From contig OZ024753.1 of NCBI GenBank assembly GCA_964016885.1, positions 16,988,001 to 17,052,000 on the forward strand: DNA of 64,000 nt, in the 5' to 3' direction. The stretch comes from Eledone cirrhosa. Its lineage: Eukaryota. Positions 24,585 to 37,332 of this stretch are shown here, in pieces (the stretch's first letter is position 1; every line of letters begins with the position of its first letter). The position numbers and the translations under genes are program-made. A model generated the notes under the pieces. The model had not been told where the DNA came from and ran no database searches. It saw only the letters and a program-made list of their open reading frames with translations.

Positions 24585-27366
24585 TTCCCTGCATGACAAC
24601 AAGCCGCACCCGTTTCTGCTGTTTCGGCATGAGCGAATGAAGTTACTTTGTCACTACCCTGGGGTCAATTGAATATTAACAATGATTTCTTATATAGACA
24701 CAAGGCCAGTAATTTGAAGGGGGAGGGGAAAGTCGATTAAATCGACCCCAGTGAGTGACTGGTACTATATTTTATCGACCCCGTAAGGATGAAAGGCAAA
24801 GTTAACCTCGGCTGGATTTGAACTCGGACCGTAAAGGACCGTAACTCTATGCTGCTAAGCATGGTGTCTGACTCTCTACCGATACTGCCAATCCACCACC
24901 TTTAATTGAATATTAATGAATAATATTAATAATTGTTTCTACTTTAGGCAAAAGGCCAGCAATTACCCAGTGTATTACTGGTACTTTATTTTATCGACCC
25001 CGTAAGGGTGAAAGGCAAAGTTAACCTCGGCGGGATTTGGCAAGGGCCGTAACTCTATGCGTCAAAGCATGGCGTCCGACCCTCTACCGATACTGCCAAT
25101 CCACCCCCTCTTATAATAAGATTAATAATTGTTTCTACTTTTGACACAAGGCCAGCAATTATTCCAGTGTATTACTGGTACTTTATTTTATCGACCCCGT
25201 AAGGATGAAAGGCAAAGTTAACCTCGGCGGGTTTTGAACTCAGTCCGTAAAGGGCCGTAACTCTGTGCTGCAAAGCATGGCGTCCGACCCTCTACCGATA
25301 CTGCAATCCACCGATTAATAATGATTCCTGATTTAGGCACAAGGCCAACAATTTTTGGGGAGGAGAAAGTGGTATAGATCGACCCCCATTGTGTTACTGG
25401 TACTATATTCTATCGACTCCGTAAGGTTAAAAAAGTAAAGCTTAACTTGGCGGGATTTGAACTCAAAACGTAAAGGGCCATAACCATGTGCCGCAAAGCA
25501 TGTTTTCGACGCTCTACCGATACGGCCAACCCACCAAAATAATTGTTTCCATTTTAGGCACAAGGCCAGCAATTTGAAGGGGGGAGGGGAATGTTGATTA
25601 AATCGAACCAGTGCATTACTGGTACTTCATTTTAGCGACCCCCGTAAGGATGAAAGGCAAAGTTAACCTCGGCGGGATTTGAACTCAGAACGCAAAGGGC
25701 ATAGCTCTATGCCGCAAAGCATGGTGTCCGACGCTCTACCGACACTGCTAATCGACTGCACTAATAACAATAATAATAATTGTTTCTTATATAGGCACAA
25801 GGCCAGCAATTTGAAGGGGGTGGGGGTAATGTTGATTAAATCGACCCCAGTGCATTACTGGTACTTTATGTTATCGACCCCGTAAGGATGAAAGGCAAAT
25901 TTAAACTCAGAACGCAAAGGGAAGTAACTCTATGCTGCAAAGCATGGTGGCCGACCCTCTACCGATTCTGCCAATAATAATAATAGAATGGTAAAAATAG
26001 CCGACACAGATATAGATAACCGAAGCCCCAGCACATAGAAATATATACAACATAGCTGTCCTGGGTATTGAACACATATTAGGATGAGTAGATACAGTAC
26101 AATAGAAACAACACTGCACATACCAACACAGTAATACAGTAACATTACACAATAAAAATACCACCATCTCCACTATTACCACCACCATTACCACCACTAC
26201 CACCACCACCGCCTCCACTATTACCACCACTACCACCACCTCCACTATTACCACCACCACCACCACCACCACCTCCACTTTTACCACCACCACCACCTCC
26301 ACTATTACCCCCGTCACCCCCACCATTACCACCTCCACCCCACCACCTCCACTATTACCACCACCACCACTATTACCACCACCACTATTACCACTACCAC
26401 CACCACCACCACCTCCACTATTACCACCACAACCCCCACTATTACCACCACCTCCACTTTTACGACCATCACCACCACCACCACCATTACCACTACCTCC
26501 ACTATTACCACCACCACCAACACTATTACCACCACCACCACCTCCACTATTACCACCACCACTACCACCACCACCACCACTTCCACCACTTCCACTATTA
26601 TCACCACCACCTCCACTATTACCACCACTATTACCACCACCACCATAACTATTACTACTACTACTGATGATGATGATAAATGGTTTGTTGGACCAAGCAA
26701 GTGTCGGTGTAGTGTTTCAAAATGTGCAGCTTGGTGTTCAATCGAAGAAAAATGGTTGAAGTAAAAGGACTGCAGATAATGTCTAACATTGACGGAGTGA
26801 ATTAAGAAACTGGTTCTAGTTGACAACCTTCACCAAACTTACTTTCACCCGATCTTCTGTTTAATCCGCCCCACACTGTCTTTGTTAGTCAGGGCACTAA
26901 TCATATTCTCTCTGTCTGGATGACTACAGTGTCCCAGATTTCCTTCTCTTTAACAGCGAAGTGTGGTCTAGTCGTCTGAATTCGGAACATTTTATTAATA
27001 TGGATATCATTCGTAAATATTAAAGTCTGCATTTGTGTATTGAATGTTTCGTTTACATTAGTGGTTCCCAAGTTTTTTGCCCCAAGTCCCTCCTCAACAT
27101 CTAAAAAATGTTTGTATCCCCCTGTGATATAAAAACTGAGTTTTGTAAAAGTGCAATTACTGTAATATAAAGTAGAAATTCGTATAATATCGTATAATAT
27201 CACCCTGTGCGCCCCGCGTTAGGAATCACTGGTTTACAATATTGTTGTGTGTATTTCAATTTCCTATATGTGATATGTTGTCTAGTCATTCATACACGTT
27301 TGTAGTTGTCTTGAATTATTGTTCTGGGTTTTAATATTTCCAGACTCTATCCTCAAACGGAAATAA
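24585..27366 (+). CDS. Candidate micro-exon gene 3' part (24585-24663, 26713-26760, 26807-26883, 26957-27012, 27344-27366): xSLHDNKPHPFLLFRHERMKLLCHYPGCFKMCSLVFNRRKMVEKLVLVDNLHQTYFHPIFCLIRPTLSFEVWSSRLNSEHFINMDIIHSILKRK*; product unknown
   Basis: GT-AG junctions chain in phase to a stop. Strong acceptors at 24584, 26956 and 27343. Includes 46- and 73-nt introns. Possible upstream exons are 24397-24415 (ATG, GTAAGT donor) and 24537-24558. Confidence 0.4.
24682..25975 (-). mobile_element. Head-to-tail cluster of six SINE A copies
   Basis: Copies start near 24682, 24930, 25126, 25333, 25538 and 25778, all on the minus strand, joined by AAT-rich tails. Confidence 0.92.
26160..26677. repeat. (CCA)n/(CTATTA) degenerate trinucleotide repeat
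   Basis: Direct. Confidence 0.95.
27059..27231. mobile_element. hAT (Charlie-like) MITE
   Basis: TIRs TAGTGGTTCCCAA / TTAGGAATCACTG; 8-bp TSD GTTTACAT/GTTTACAA. Confidence 0.8.
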
Positions 27367-27542
27367 TTTTTAATGGATAATTTACACCGTCTCCGTCCGT
27401 TGCCTTGATGGAGTCATAACGTTTTTGTTTTTTATGAACTTATAAATATAAATTGGCAAAATATGTTTAAAACATTTTATCTTTCCTGACGTACTCTGGT
27501 ATATTATCATTGTATTTTATATTTACTAACAGAAAAACCACA

Positions 27543-27975
27543 GCATGTGTAGTGTGCTTATAAATATTATATGCAAATATACATGCATGTAGATATGATA
27601 CATCAAATAAAATGGTAATTGACAATATACACAGAAATTGAAGAGAGACTGTGTTACACTTTCTTCTGTAATCAGTAAAGTAATCCATGATACATTTAAA
27701 AAAGACGATATTATATGTAAACTGTATTTCGGTGAAATGTTATGAAAACGACAACAGAGAAAATTAACGACAGAAATATAAACGTTATGATAAAACGATG
27801 GAAATATATGAATGTTTATATAAGCGATCTATGATATAGCATCCTTTATATCATAACTGGAAGTATTGACATTTGAAAATTTAAAAAGAAGTGAATCTTA
27901 AAATAAGCAATCATTATATATAAGAATATTTATGTTTAATCAACAGCTACGAAATTTAGTACATACATTATGTAA
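27543..27975. repeat. AT-rich dispersed repeat, inverted copy at ~56540-56900
   Basis: For example CTTCTGTAATCAGTAAAGTAATCCATGATAC pairs with GTATCATGGATTACGTTACTGATTACAGAAG. Confidence 0.8.
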
Positions 27976-28067
27976 TATTCATTTATTATTTATTCAAAGT
28001 TAACCAACTTATTTTACTAACGGGATTAAAATATATAAAATGGACGCTGTCCAGCATTCCTCCCTTT

Positions 28068-28452
28068 GTGGATTGGCAGTATCGGTAGAGGGTCGGACGC
28101 CATGCTTTCCAGCATAGTTACGTCCCTTTACGATCTGAGTTCAAATCCCGCCGAGGTTGACTTTGCCTTTCATTCTTACGGGGTCGATAAAATAAAGTAC
28201 CAGTAATGCACTGAGTAATTGCTGACCTTGTGCCTAAAGTAGAAACAATTATATTTTATTATAGAGATTGGCAGTATCGGTAGAGGGTCAGGCGCCATGC
28301 TTTGAAGCATAGAGTTACCTCCCTTTATGATCTGAGTTCAAATCCCGCCGAGGTTAACTTTGCTTTTCAGCCTTACGGGGTCGATAAAATAAAGTACCAG
28401 TAATGCACTGGGATAATTGCTGGCCTTGTGCCAAAAGTATAAACAATTATAT
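28068..28452 (+). mobile_element. Two tandem near-full-length SINE A copies
   Basis: GGATTGGCAGTATCGGTAGAGGGTC...GAGTTCAAATCCCGCCGAGG...AAACAATTAT occurs twice. Confidence 0.92.
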
Positions 28453-28714
28453 TATAGACATATATTGTTGGTCTGTTTGGACTTAGTATAGTGTCATATG
28501 GTAGAGACGCCAGAAAATACTCCATTGCTTCTGTTGCCATCAATGTTTTCGTTTGAGCCTCCCCGGGGGAGAGGAACGGATGTGATCATTGAAATGAAGC
28601 AATGTCAACGACGTCTGCTGTGTAACTATTGATGGAATAGATAATTCTAGCGGACCACCATTCTTGTACTGATCCAAAAGTCATATCATTTGTGAATGAT
28701 TATCAATACATATA

Positions 28715-29025
28715 CAGTTATACCTCGTTATTCGCGACGGTTACGTTCCCAGAGTACACCGCGAATATTGGACGTGGTCCATAAAAATGCTTATAAACGT
28801 CAAAACATAACGTAAGATATAGACCAGCAAATACGGTATATTGTTATTAATGATTTAGCGTTAAAAAGCGTGAAAAAATATATTGCCACAAAAAAAAAAA
28901 CTTTAAAAAAATCGTGGAAGATATTTACGATACCGCGAATCTGCGGCGGTTTCCATGAACAATTATTAGTTAAGTTCTAAGGAGCATTCCGCGAATAACT
29001 CGCCGTGGATGCCGGGGGTACAATG
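28715..29025. mobile_element. Tc1/mariner-pogo (Tigger-like) MITE
   Basis: TA|CAGTTATACCTCGTTATTCGCG ... CGCGAATAAC..GGGGGTACAATG|TA. Confidence 0.65.
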
Positions 29026-29071
29026 TATTGCATACCAAATATTAATTTTTTAAAGTAATGTAAGGGTAATA

Positions 29072-29113
<42 letters not shown>

Positions 29114-29223
29114 TAATAAAATAATCAATATGAAGACTAAAATCCAAAGATCCCATTAAGGGTGAAAGCAGCGATGCTTTGCTTAAACTTTAATCTGTTA
29201 TTTTAATATATATAAATATATAT

Positions 29224-29712
29224 GTTTCTTTTATTTGCCACCAGGGCATCAAAAGTGGGACAAGTACAATGGGGGGAGTTTACAAAACAAGGCGTCCTCA
29301 ATAAGGAGGAGGCAATAACAATATATAAAAATAAAATAAAATATAACAAAAAATAAAATTTATAACAAAGTCCTCAATAGAGAGGAGGCGCCTTGGGGGG
29401 TCGCACACACCCCCGAAAAAAGTGTGCAACCCTTCTCCTCAGGAGCACAGAGAAGGGGTGCTCCCTTGGTCTTTCATCTTCCTCACCTATAGTCTGATGT
29501 AGAGTGAAGGCCCATTCACACGGGCCATTCTCGCCACTTTCACCCATCTTTCATAGAAACGGCTGGAGTGCAGCACCTCTCTCTCCATCCTGATCCTTCT
29601 TCCGAAATGATATCGGAAGAAACGGACCAGTTGTTGGCCAGAGAGAAAGGTGTCTGACCTCAGTCCTTTCAGACGCGTCCACCATACAACCTCTTTCGCC
29701 ATGGCTAATAAT
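29224..29712 (-). mobile_element. Tx1/L1-like LINE 3' end
   Basis: ORF end AKEVVWWTR...FFRYH..RRIRMER.....F.ERW; 3' UTR ends AATAAAAGAAAC then (AT)n. A similar 3' tail lies at ~43830-43880(+). Confidence 0.7.
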
Positions 29713-30231
29713 TAGTCTGTGTTATCCAACATCCCGTTATGCACCGTCAGTGAGGTTAAGGTTCGTGAATCGTCAACAATAATAACTTTATCAAATGGGA
29801 TATACGAAATAACGTATTCTCCCCGCTGTTTTTATCAACCGCCTCTGATCGGCTGTCAACTTTATAATAGAAAACCTAATGCAATAATAAATAGACTTCA
29901 TTTCCTGGCCGTCAAAGCAAGTGTGTGTAGAAGAACCAGCAATAAGATAGCTATGGGCAGTTGTTTGCTATCTATATTTCTACATATCTGCTGTCAATCT
30001 GTTACAAAATGGAGATCAAAAACTACTTTAAACATTGCAGTGATGCTACACTCTCCTATACTCATTAAAATGAACTGAAATTTGTCTCAAATATCTTCTA
30101 AACAAAGAAAAATAGTTACACAATTATTCAACAAAGGTGCCTTTATAGTGAATTTTATTGCTAGGAATGGCAGCAAACTTGCCTACAAATTATACCTTAC
30201 CGTCTAGAATAATATGAATGACGTATTAGAC

Positions 30232-31101
30232 CAGGGGCGTGCAACAGGCGGCCCGCGGGCCACAATCCGGCCCGTCAGATCAGTCAGAGTGGCCCGTGAT
30301 GACCGTTTTTAATTTTTACCTTGGCTTATTTAGAATTTTTTTCGTAACCGTAATACAATTTTCTGTTAGTTGACTTATGCTAAAGGGCTTCATTGATAGG
30401 GTTATGTGTGTTATAATTTCCCAGTTGACCTATACTAAAGGGCTTCACTGATAGGGTTATATGTGTTATAATTTCCCAGTTGACCTATACTAAAGGGCTT
30501 CACTGATAGGGTTATATGTGTTATAATTTCCCAGTTGACCTATACTAAAGGGCTTCACTGATAGGGTTATATGTGTTATAATTTCCCAGTTGACCTGTAC
30601 TAAAGAGCTTCACTGATAGGGTTATATGTGTTATAATTTCCCAGTTGACCTATACTAAAGGGCTTCACTGATAGGGTTATATGTGTTATAATTTCCCAGT
30701 TGACCTATACTAAAGGGCTTCACTGATAGGGTTATATGTGTTATAATTTCCCAGTTGACCTATACTAAAGGGCTTCACTGATAGGGTTATATGTGTTATA
30801 ATTTCCCAGTTGACCTGTACTAAAGGGCTTCACTGATAGGGTTATATGTGTTATAATTTCCCAGTTGACCTGTACTAAAGAGCTTCACTGATAGGGTTAT
30901 ATGTGTTATAATTTCCCAGTTGACCTATACTAAAGGGCTTCACTGATAGGGTTATATGTGTTATAATTTCCCAGTTCCATGTTATGGAAAGAAGTTGCGG
31001 TGAATCTTTGGAATAGTGTTTAATAATAAATATTAATGGCCCCTAATAGTTGTTCCAATGTTCAAAAGTGGCATGCCAATGGAATATGCTGCACACCCCT
31101 G
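30232..31101. mobile_element. hAT (Charlie-like) non-autonomous element hosting a minisatellite
   Basis: TIRs CAGGGGCGTGCA / TGCACACCCCTG; subterminal GCGGCCCGCGGGCC..CGGCCCG; TSD TATTAGAC/CTTTAGAC (6 of 8 match). Confidence 0.75.
30368..30976. repeat. 55-bp minisatellite, 11 copies
   Basis: Unit AGTTGACCTATACTAAAGGGCTTCACTGATAGGGTTATATGTGTTATAATTTCCC. Confidence 0.98.
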
Positions 31102-31914
31102 CTTTAGACAATGTGGTTAAAGCTATAGAAGAAAATGTATTTAGTGTTATACAATAGATACATATCACTGGAATGCCTTTGATGACAGGTCTCGTTAACC
31201 TGGCGCTAAACATTAAACAACTACTTAGTTCTGCTAAGTGGATCAAACATAGAGACGTAGTAATTCATATCAAACTAATACCCTTGTTACTAGTTCCTTA
31301 CTGAGCAGAAACATCAATAAATATTCACCTATTACGTAGGAAATAAGATATGACACATTGTAAAGCGGCGAATTTATGAAATAGTTTCAGTGACAGACAG
31401 AATGTGTGGCAGCGTTCGTTCCGACTTTCTGCGTTTTGAGCTCAAATGTCAACATGGCTTCATTCATTCTGGGATCAAGCCAAGGCATAATCTCTTTCTC
31501 TCTGTCTCGTCTCTCTCTCTCTCTCTGTCTCTCTCTGTCTCTCTGTCTCTCTCTCTCTGTCTCTCTCTCTCTGTCTCTGTCTCTCTATATATATATATCT
31601 CACACACACACGCATGCGTGGTCCCGTAACTCCCAAGGGACTGGGTGGACTAGGTCATATTTTAATTAAGTGTCATACATCACACGGGGGTGATAAATCA
31701 ACCGCGGAGAAAATATAGTTAATATGTCGGGAGGTAAGTTAATGAGAGGTAAACTTGTTACCATGACAGCTGTGGACGCCATTTCAAAAGCCCGAACGCT
31801 TCTTTCTTTTCTTTCTATTTTTCTCTTCATTTTGTAGTTTTTTCTTCTTTCTTTTCTCATTGACAAATGAGGTACAAATTAAAATGTTAGTTCTGCCATT
31901 CACGTCCAATTGTT

Positions 31915-32058
31915 ATAGTAGTAGTAGTAGTGGCAGTAGTAGTAGTAGTAGTGGCAGTAGTAGTAGTAGTAGTGGTAGTAGTTGTAGTAGTAGTAGTAGT
32001 AGTGGCAGTAGTAGTAGTAGTAGTGGCAGTAGTAGTGGTAGTGGTAGTGGTAGTAGTT

Positions 32059-32092
<34 letters not shown>

Positions 32093-33140
32093 CAGTAGTA
32101 GTAGTAGTAGTGGCAGTAGTAGTAGTAGTAGTGGCAGTAGTAGTAGTAGTAGTGGCAGTAGTAGTGGCAGTAGTGGTAGTAGTAGTGGCAGTATTAGCAG
32201 GTAGTGGTAGTATTAGCAGGTACAACAACTGTAGTAGTAGTATTAGCAGGTACAACTGTGGTAGTAGTGGTAGTAGTAGTGGTAGGAGGAGTAGTAGTAG
32301 TGGCAGTAGTAGTGGTAGTATTAGCAGGTACAACAACTGTAGTAGTAGTAGTAGTGGTAGTATTAGCAGGTACAACAACTAGTAGTAGTAGCGGTAGTAC
32401 TAGTAGTGGTGGCAGTAGTAGTGGTAGTATTAGCAGGTACAACAACTGTAGTAGTAGTGGCAGTAGTAGTAGTAGTGGCAGTAGTAGTGGTAGTATTAGC
32501 AGGTACAACAACTGTAGTAGTGGTAGTATTAGCAGGTACAACTGTAGTAGTGGCAGTATTAGCAGGTACAACAACTGTAGTAGTGGCAGTATTAGCAGGT
32601 ACAACAACTGTAGTAGTGGCAGTATTAGCAGGTACAACAACTGTAGTAGTGGTAGTATTAGCAGGTACAACTGTAGTAGTGGTAGTATTAGCAGGTACAA
32701 CAACTGTAGTAGTGGCAGTATTAGCAGGTACAACAACTGTAGTAGTGGCAGTGGTAGTATTAGCAGCAAGTACAACTGTAGCTGTAGTGGTGGTGGTAGT
32801 AGTGGTAGTATTAGCAGCAAGTACAACTGTAGCTGTAGTGGTGGTGGTAGTAGTGGTAGTATTAGCAGCAAGTACAACTGTAGCTGTAGTGGTGGTGGTA
32901 GTAGTGGTAGTATTAGCAGCAAGTACAACTGTAGCTGTAGTAGTGGTGGTGGTAGTAGTAGTAGTGGCAATAGTAGTAGTGGTAGTATTAGCACCAGGTA
33001 CAACAGCAACAACTGTAGTAGTAGTGGTGGTAGTAGTAGTGTTAGTAGTGGTAGTATCAGCAGCAAGTACAACAACAGCAACTTTGACAATAGTAGTATC
33101 AATAGTAGTAGTAGTAATAGTAGTAGAAGTAGTAGTAGTT
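31915..33140. repeat. (TAG)n microsatellite grading into 30-33-bp and 54-bp minisatellite units
   Basis: Recurrent GTATTAGCAGGTACAACAACT, then GTATTAGCAGCAAGTACAACTGTAGCT motifs. Confidence 0.95.
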
Positions 33141-33729
33141 GCGTCGAACAATATGCTTTGTGGCATTTAGTTACGCCCCTTTATGTTCTGAGTTCAAATC
33201 CCACCGAGGTTAGCTTCGCCTTTCATCCTTACGGGGTCGATAAAATAAAGGACCTTTTATTTGATATATGACATGAAGGCTTTGGGGTTAGGGTACTTGG
33301 GGTTAGGGTTACGGTACTTGGGGTTACGGTACTCGGCTTACAATCGCAAGGTTGTGAGTTCGATTCCCGGCGGCGAGTTGTGTCCTTGAGCAAGACACTT
33401 TATTTCACGTTGCTGGAGCAACGTATGAGTTGTACTTGTAGTTCGAATGGGTTTCCCTATCACGTTCTGTGTCACGCTGAATCTCCCTGAGAACTACTGC
33501 AAGGATATATATATATATATATATAATATATATAGGGAGGGAGGGAGAATAGAAACGAAAAATCGGTGATGCATCTGAACTCAATTTATTGTGTGTTACA
33601 ATTGTTTCGCCGGCGGACAGCTCGAGACGCGATCATTGCGTGGATCTGTCTCATTCTGGAGCTGCAGGTTCGACGGACACGTCTAATGATTTCGGAGCAT
33701 ATTCTCTCACTAAGCATCTTAGCTACCAT

Positions 33730-33761
<32 letters not shown>

Positions 33762-33762
33762 G

Positions 33763-33796
<34 letters not shown>

Positions 33797-33859
33797 ACAG
33801 ACACACACACACACACACGCACGCACACGCACACGCACACGCACACACACATATATATA

Positions 33860-34053
33860 CCAGGTGGACCTTAACGCACAAGAGTATCTCGATACTTTGG
33901 GTAGTAGAGTGGGTAATAGGGAAAGAGTGAGGACCCCGACGGCTGAGCTCCGACCCCTTCGACAGCTAGATCCAAACTCACCAGTTTGTACCAGTTCCGA
34001 TCTAGCTGTCCGAAAGGCCGGAGCTCAGCCGTCGGGGTCCTGACTCTTTTCCT

Positions 34054-34084
<31 letters not shown>

Positions 34085-34191
34085 GGAAACGAGTCAGGAC
34101 CCCGACGGCTGAGCTCCGGCCGTTTTCCTATTACCCACTCTACTACTCTGGTGCGCTATGGTCCACCTGGTTCCTTACCACACTTTCTTTG

Positions 34192-34193
<2 letters not shown>
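33860..34193. mobile_element. Two family A PLE hairpin fragments (33860-34054 minus; 34083-34193 plus, internally deleted)
   Basis: Same arm and tail sequence as the 15521 and 52469 copies, separated by (TA)n. Confidence 0.85.
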
Positions 34194-34236
<43 letters not shown>

Positions 34237-34798
34237 CACATATATATACACACCTTTAGAAACGTCCATATCTGTACCACCGTGAAGACATAATGCACGC
34301 ACACACACACTCACACTCACACACCCTCATACCCTCATACCCCCTCACATCCTCATACACACACACTCTCACACATACACACCCTCACACACGCACACAC
34401 ACACGCACAACTACAAACAGCCCCCCCCCCCCGCCACCTTAGCTATACAGCCATCAATGTCCGCCTCCTACATTAGTTGTGTTGCATAAAACGTCAGTTT
34501 TACAGCCAGTTCATCAGCACGGCCAGCGGGCCCCGCCCACTTCTTGATTAGGGGGCGTATACCGCAGTTATAGTCACAACGATTTTATGGTCACATTGTC
34601 TGTTGCAAGATGGCGGCCCATACATCATTCTGTATGTGCATTGTATATGGACACGGATACACTAACATAGACATAACACACATACAAACACTGTGTCTGT
34701 CTTGCATTACACACACATATATATATACATGCAAACACACACATACACACATTTGTATATACATATATTAGCGTTTCTCTCTCCCTCTCTCTCCCCCC

Positions 34799-34831
<33 letters not shown>

Positions 34832-35128
34832 TATATTATTTGCTGTTTTACTTTTTTTACTGCTTCCATTCATAAGACAGCGGCCATGATTATATATATA
34901 TATATCAGGAACGATCGACTTTCGTCAAATCGGACCGAGGAAACAATGTTTCCGTTGGTCTTTCCAGTTGCTAATACTATCTATCGGTCGCAACTCCAGG
35001 TAGAAGGAGCAACGTGAAATAAAGTGTCTTGCTCAAGGACATAACGTATCACCCGGTCTGGGAATATAACTCACAACCTCACGATTGCCAAACCAATTCT
35101 CTAACTACTCAACCACACGCCTTCACTA

Positions 35129-35180
<52 letters not shown>

Positions 35181-35197
35181 TATATAAATATATATAT

Positions 35198-35510
35198 AGT
35201 TATGCTTTGGGAGGGTCATGTTGCCAATAAGAAACACACGCACCAGTTGCTTTCACTTCAATTTATTATAAATTATATTTATAAATTTAGGAATAGACGA
35301 TTGTTCATATATTGTCAAAGTTCTTTCGTCACACATTCTGTGAGCTCTTCAGTGACTGGGGATTCTTTTCTTTGTTTTTGTGCCTCTCCTTTGTTCTGTC
35401 CTACGCCATCTTGTTTTGTGTGTGTTGTGTGCTTAGTTTGCGCATGTGTTACATCCGGGTGTCTGTGTGTGTTTATATTTGTTTATTTATTTGTTTATTT
35501 ACATGTTGCG
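35198..35510 (-). mobile_element. PLE 3' UTR fragment, family G, tail-less, with a hammerhead at 35313-35357(-)
   Basis: Matches ~50622-50980. Reverse complement reads AGTCA CTGAAGA GCTCACA..TGTGAC GAAA GAAC TT TGACA. Confidence 0.8.
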
Positions 35511-35800
35511 GTATATATATATATTGAGAACGCAGATATCATCCCATGATGATATTTGTTTTTGAAATGCGCGTAATAAAATACTTGGAACTCTTTTAAC
35601 CATCTTTTGATCTTATATATTATATATATATATATGTTTCATTTTTTAAATTTTATTTCATTTTTTATTTCATTTTTTATTTCATTTTTTATTTCATTGT
35701 TTTAACTTATATCATGACTCTGTTTTCCTTTTAATAGTGAATTTCCAACCGATAAGGTATGATTTTCATGGGTATGTCTCTATTTATAAAACAAACTTTC

Positions 35801-35864
35801 TATTTTACCTGATGAAAGCGTACCAATGTTGTCTTGGTACCCTTGAAATATATATAGTAACATA
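35801..35864 (+). ncRNA. Minimal hammerhead ribozyme motif
   Basis: TATTTTAC CTGATGA AAGCGTACCAA..TTGGTACCCTT GAAA TATATA TA GTAACATA. Confidence 0.8.
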
Positions 35865-35937
35865 AATATGGTTTTATTAATATAGTTTCCATTTATTTAA
35901 TATCATTGTATATATATATATATATATATATGTGTGT

Positions 35938-36103
35938 AAAGAATCAGGACCCCGATGGGTGAGCTCCAGCCGTTTCGACAACTAGATCCAAACGGAGCTC
36001 AGCCGTCTGGGTCCTGACTCTTTTCCTATTTCCCACACTACTACCCTAAGTATTGAGTACTCTGGTGCGTTATGGCCCACCTGGTATCATACCACACCCT
36101 CTT

Positions 36104-36107
<4 letters not shown>
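35938..36107 (+). mobile_element. Family A PLE hairpin fragment, internally deleted
   Basis: Arm and tail homologous to other family A copies. Confidence 0.8.
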
Positions 36108-36159
<52 letters not shown>

Positions 36160-36161
<2 letters not shown>

Positions 36162-36974
36162 AATTACATAAACGGAGAAAACTATTAGCGATACTCTGAC
36201 CAAATTCCAACTCACTCAACAAACATTAGGAAATACCGGAGTATATTCCTAATTAAACGTTAGGGGTGCTAACTATATTGTATTGTGTGGATAATTGGCT
36301 GTATTATTTTATATGAGATATATAAAAAATCTCATTCCCCAAACGATCGTTTCATTATAAGATTTCTACATTGTGGGTGAAATTATACCAAGTTATGTAG
36401 AAGCTTGTGTAAGATCAATGGATTCTTATGCAAATGGACCCTTATAAATCTTCAGTGGTGCCTAATAATATTAATATTAATAACTAAATCAACATCAATA
36501 TTTAGCGATAATCACCATCAGTGCAAGAAGGAACTGTTAGATTGTAAGTCCAGCAGTTCTAAAGAAAATCTCACACTGTCCCAGGTCAGGCTGGTTCGCC
36601 TTTTTTCTCTCTCTCGTCTACGATTTCACAGTACTTATGTTCACCGAATTCACAGACTAGATTCCTTCTTCCTCCCGTTAGACCTGTACGGAATTCCTTC
36701 CTTGCTCACATTCCAACCGGGTTTGATGGTCTTTATTCTCTCTCGTTCACGATTTCACCGAACTTTTATTCATGGAAATTTGGGACTTGACTCGTTCTTC
36801 CTCATTTTTCGTTGGTTCACCATCTTTGTTTGTTTACACTCTCGCTGTCCCCTTTATTTACGTGTCCCAACGACTTTTTTTAGCTGTTGCTCGCACCAAT
36901 CGGAGGTATATGGTCTTTAAAGCGAAGAAATACCTGTGATGGTTGGAAGATCACTGATGAGGGCCACTTTATTC

Positions 36975-37006
<32 letters not shown>

Positions 37007-37215
37007 TATATATATGGGACAGTGTGAGATTTTCTTTAGAACTGCTGGACTTACAACCTAACAGTTCCTTCTTGCACTGATGGTGATTATCGCTAAATAT
37101 TGATGTTGATTTAGCTATTAATATTAATATTATTAGGCACCCACTGAAGATTTATAAGTGCCCATTTGCATAAGAATCCATTGATCTTACACAAGCTTCT
37201 ACATAACTTGGTATA

Positions 37216-37219
<4 letters not shown>
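36160..37219 (-). mobile_element. Fold-back PLE-type fragment, family F (arms 36381-36583 and 37015-37219; ~220-nt extension on the left)
   Basis: ~200-bp near-perfect inverted repeat with both outer ends in (TA)n. Confidence 0.8.
36337..36460 (-). ncRNA. Hammerhead motif with 79-nt loop II
   Basis: Reverse complement reads CACCA CTGAAGA T TTATAAG [79 nt] CTTATAA T GAAA CGATCG TT TGGGG. Confidence 0.7.
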
Positions 37220-37275
<56 letters not shown>

Positions 37276-37332
37276 ATGATATATATATATATATATATTA
37301 ATACATGGAAACTATTTTTATAAAACCATATT

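Noticed and set aside
26843-26975. Minus-strand exon with a perfect GTAAGT donor
   Set aside because: It has stops in all three frames, and the plus-strand parse explains the region better. A non-coding exon is not excluded.
31108-31890. Further plus-strand micro-exons with 36-38-nt introns (GTAAGT donor at ~31734)
   Set aside because: Several incompatible parses exist and none chains consistently.
33283-33332. Interstitial telomere repeats (GGGGTTAGGG)
   Set aside because: This is a short tandem duplication of the SINE B head (GGTTAGGGTACT), not a (TTAGGG)n tract.
33545-33725. Minus-strand relative of the 15743 hammerhead fragment (GAAACAATTGTA)
   Set aside because: Only the 3' half is present; I found no CYGANGA core.
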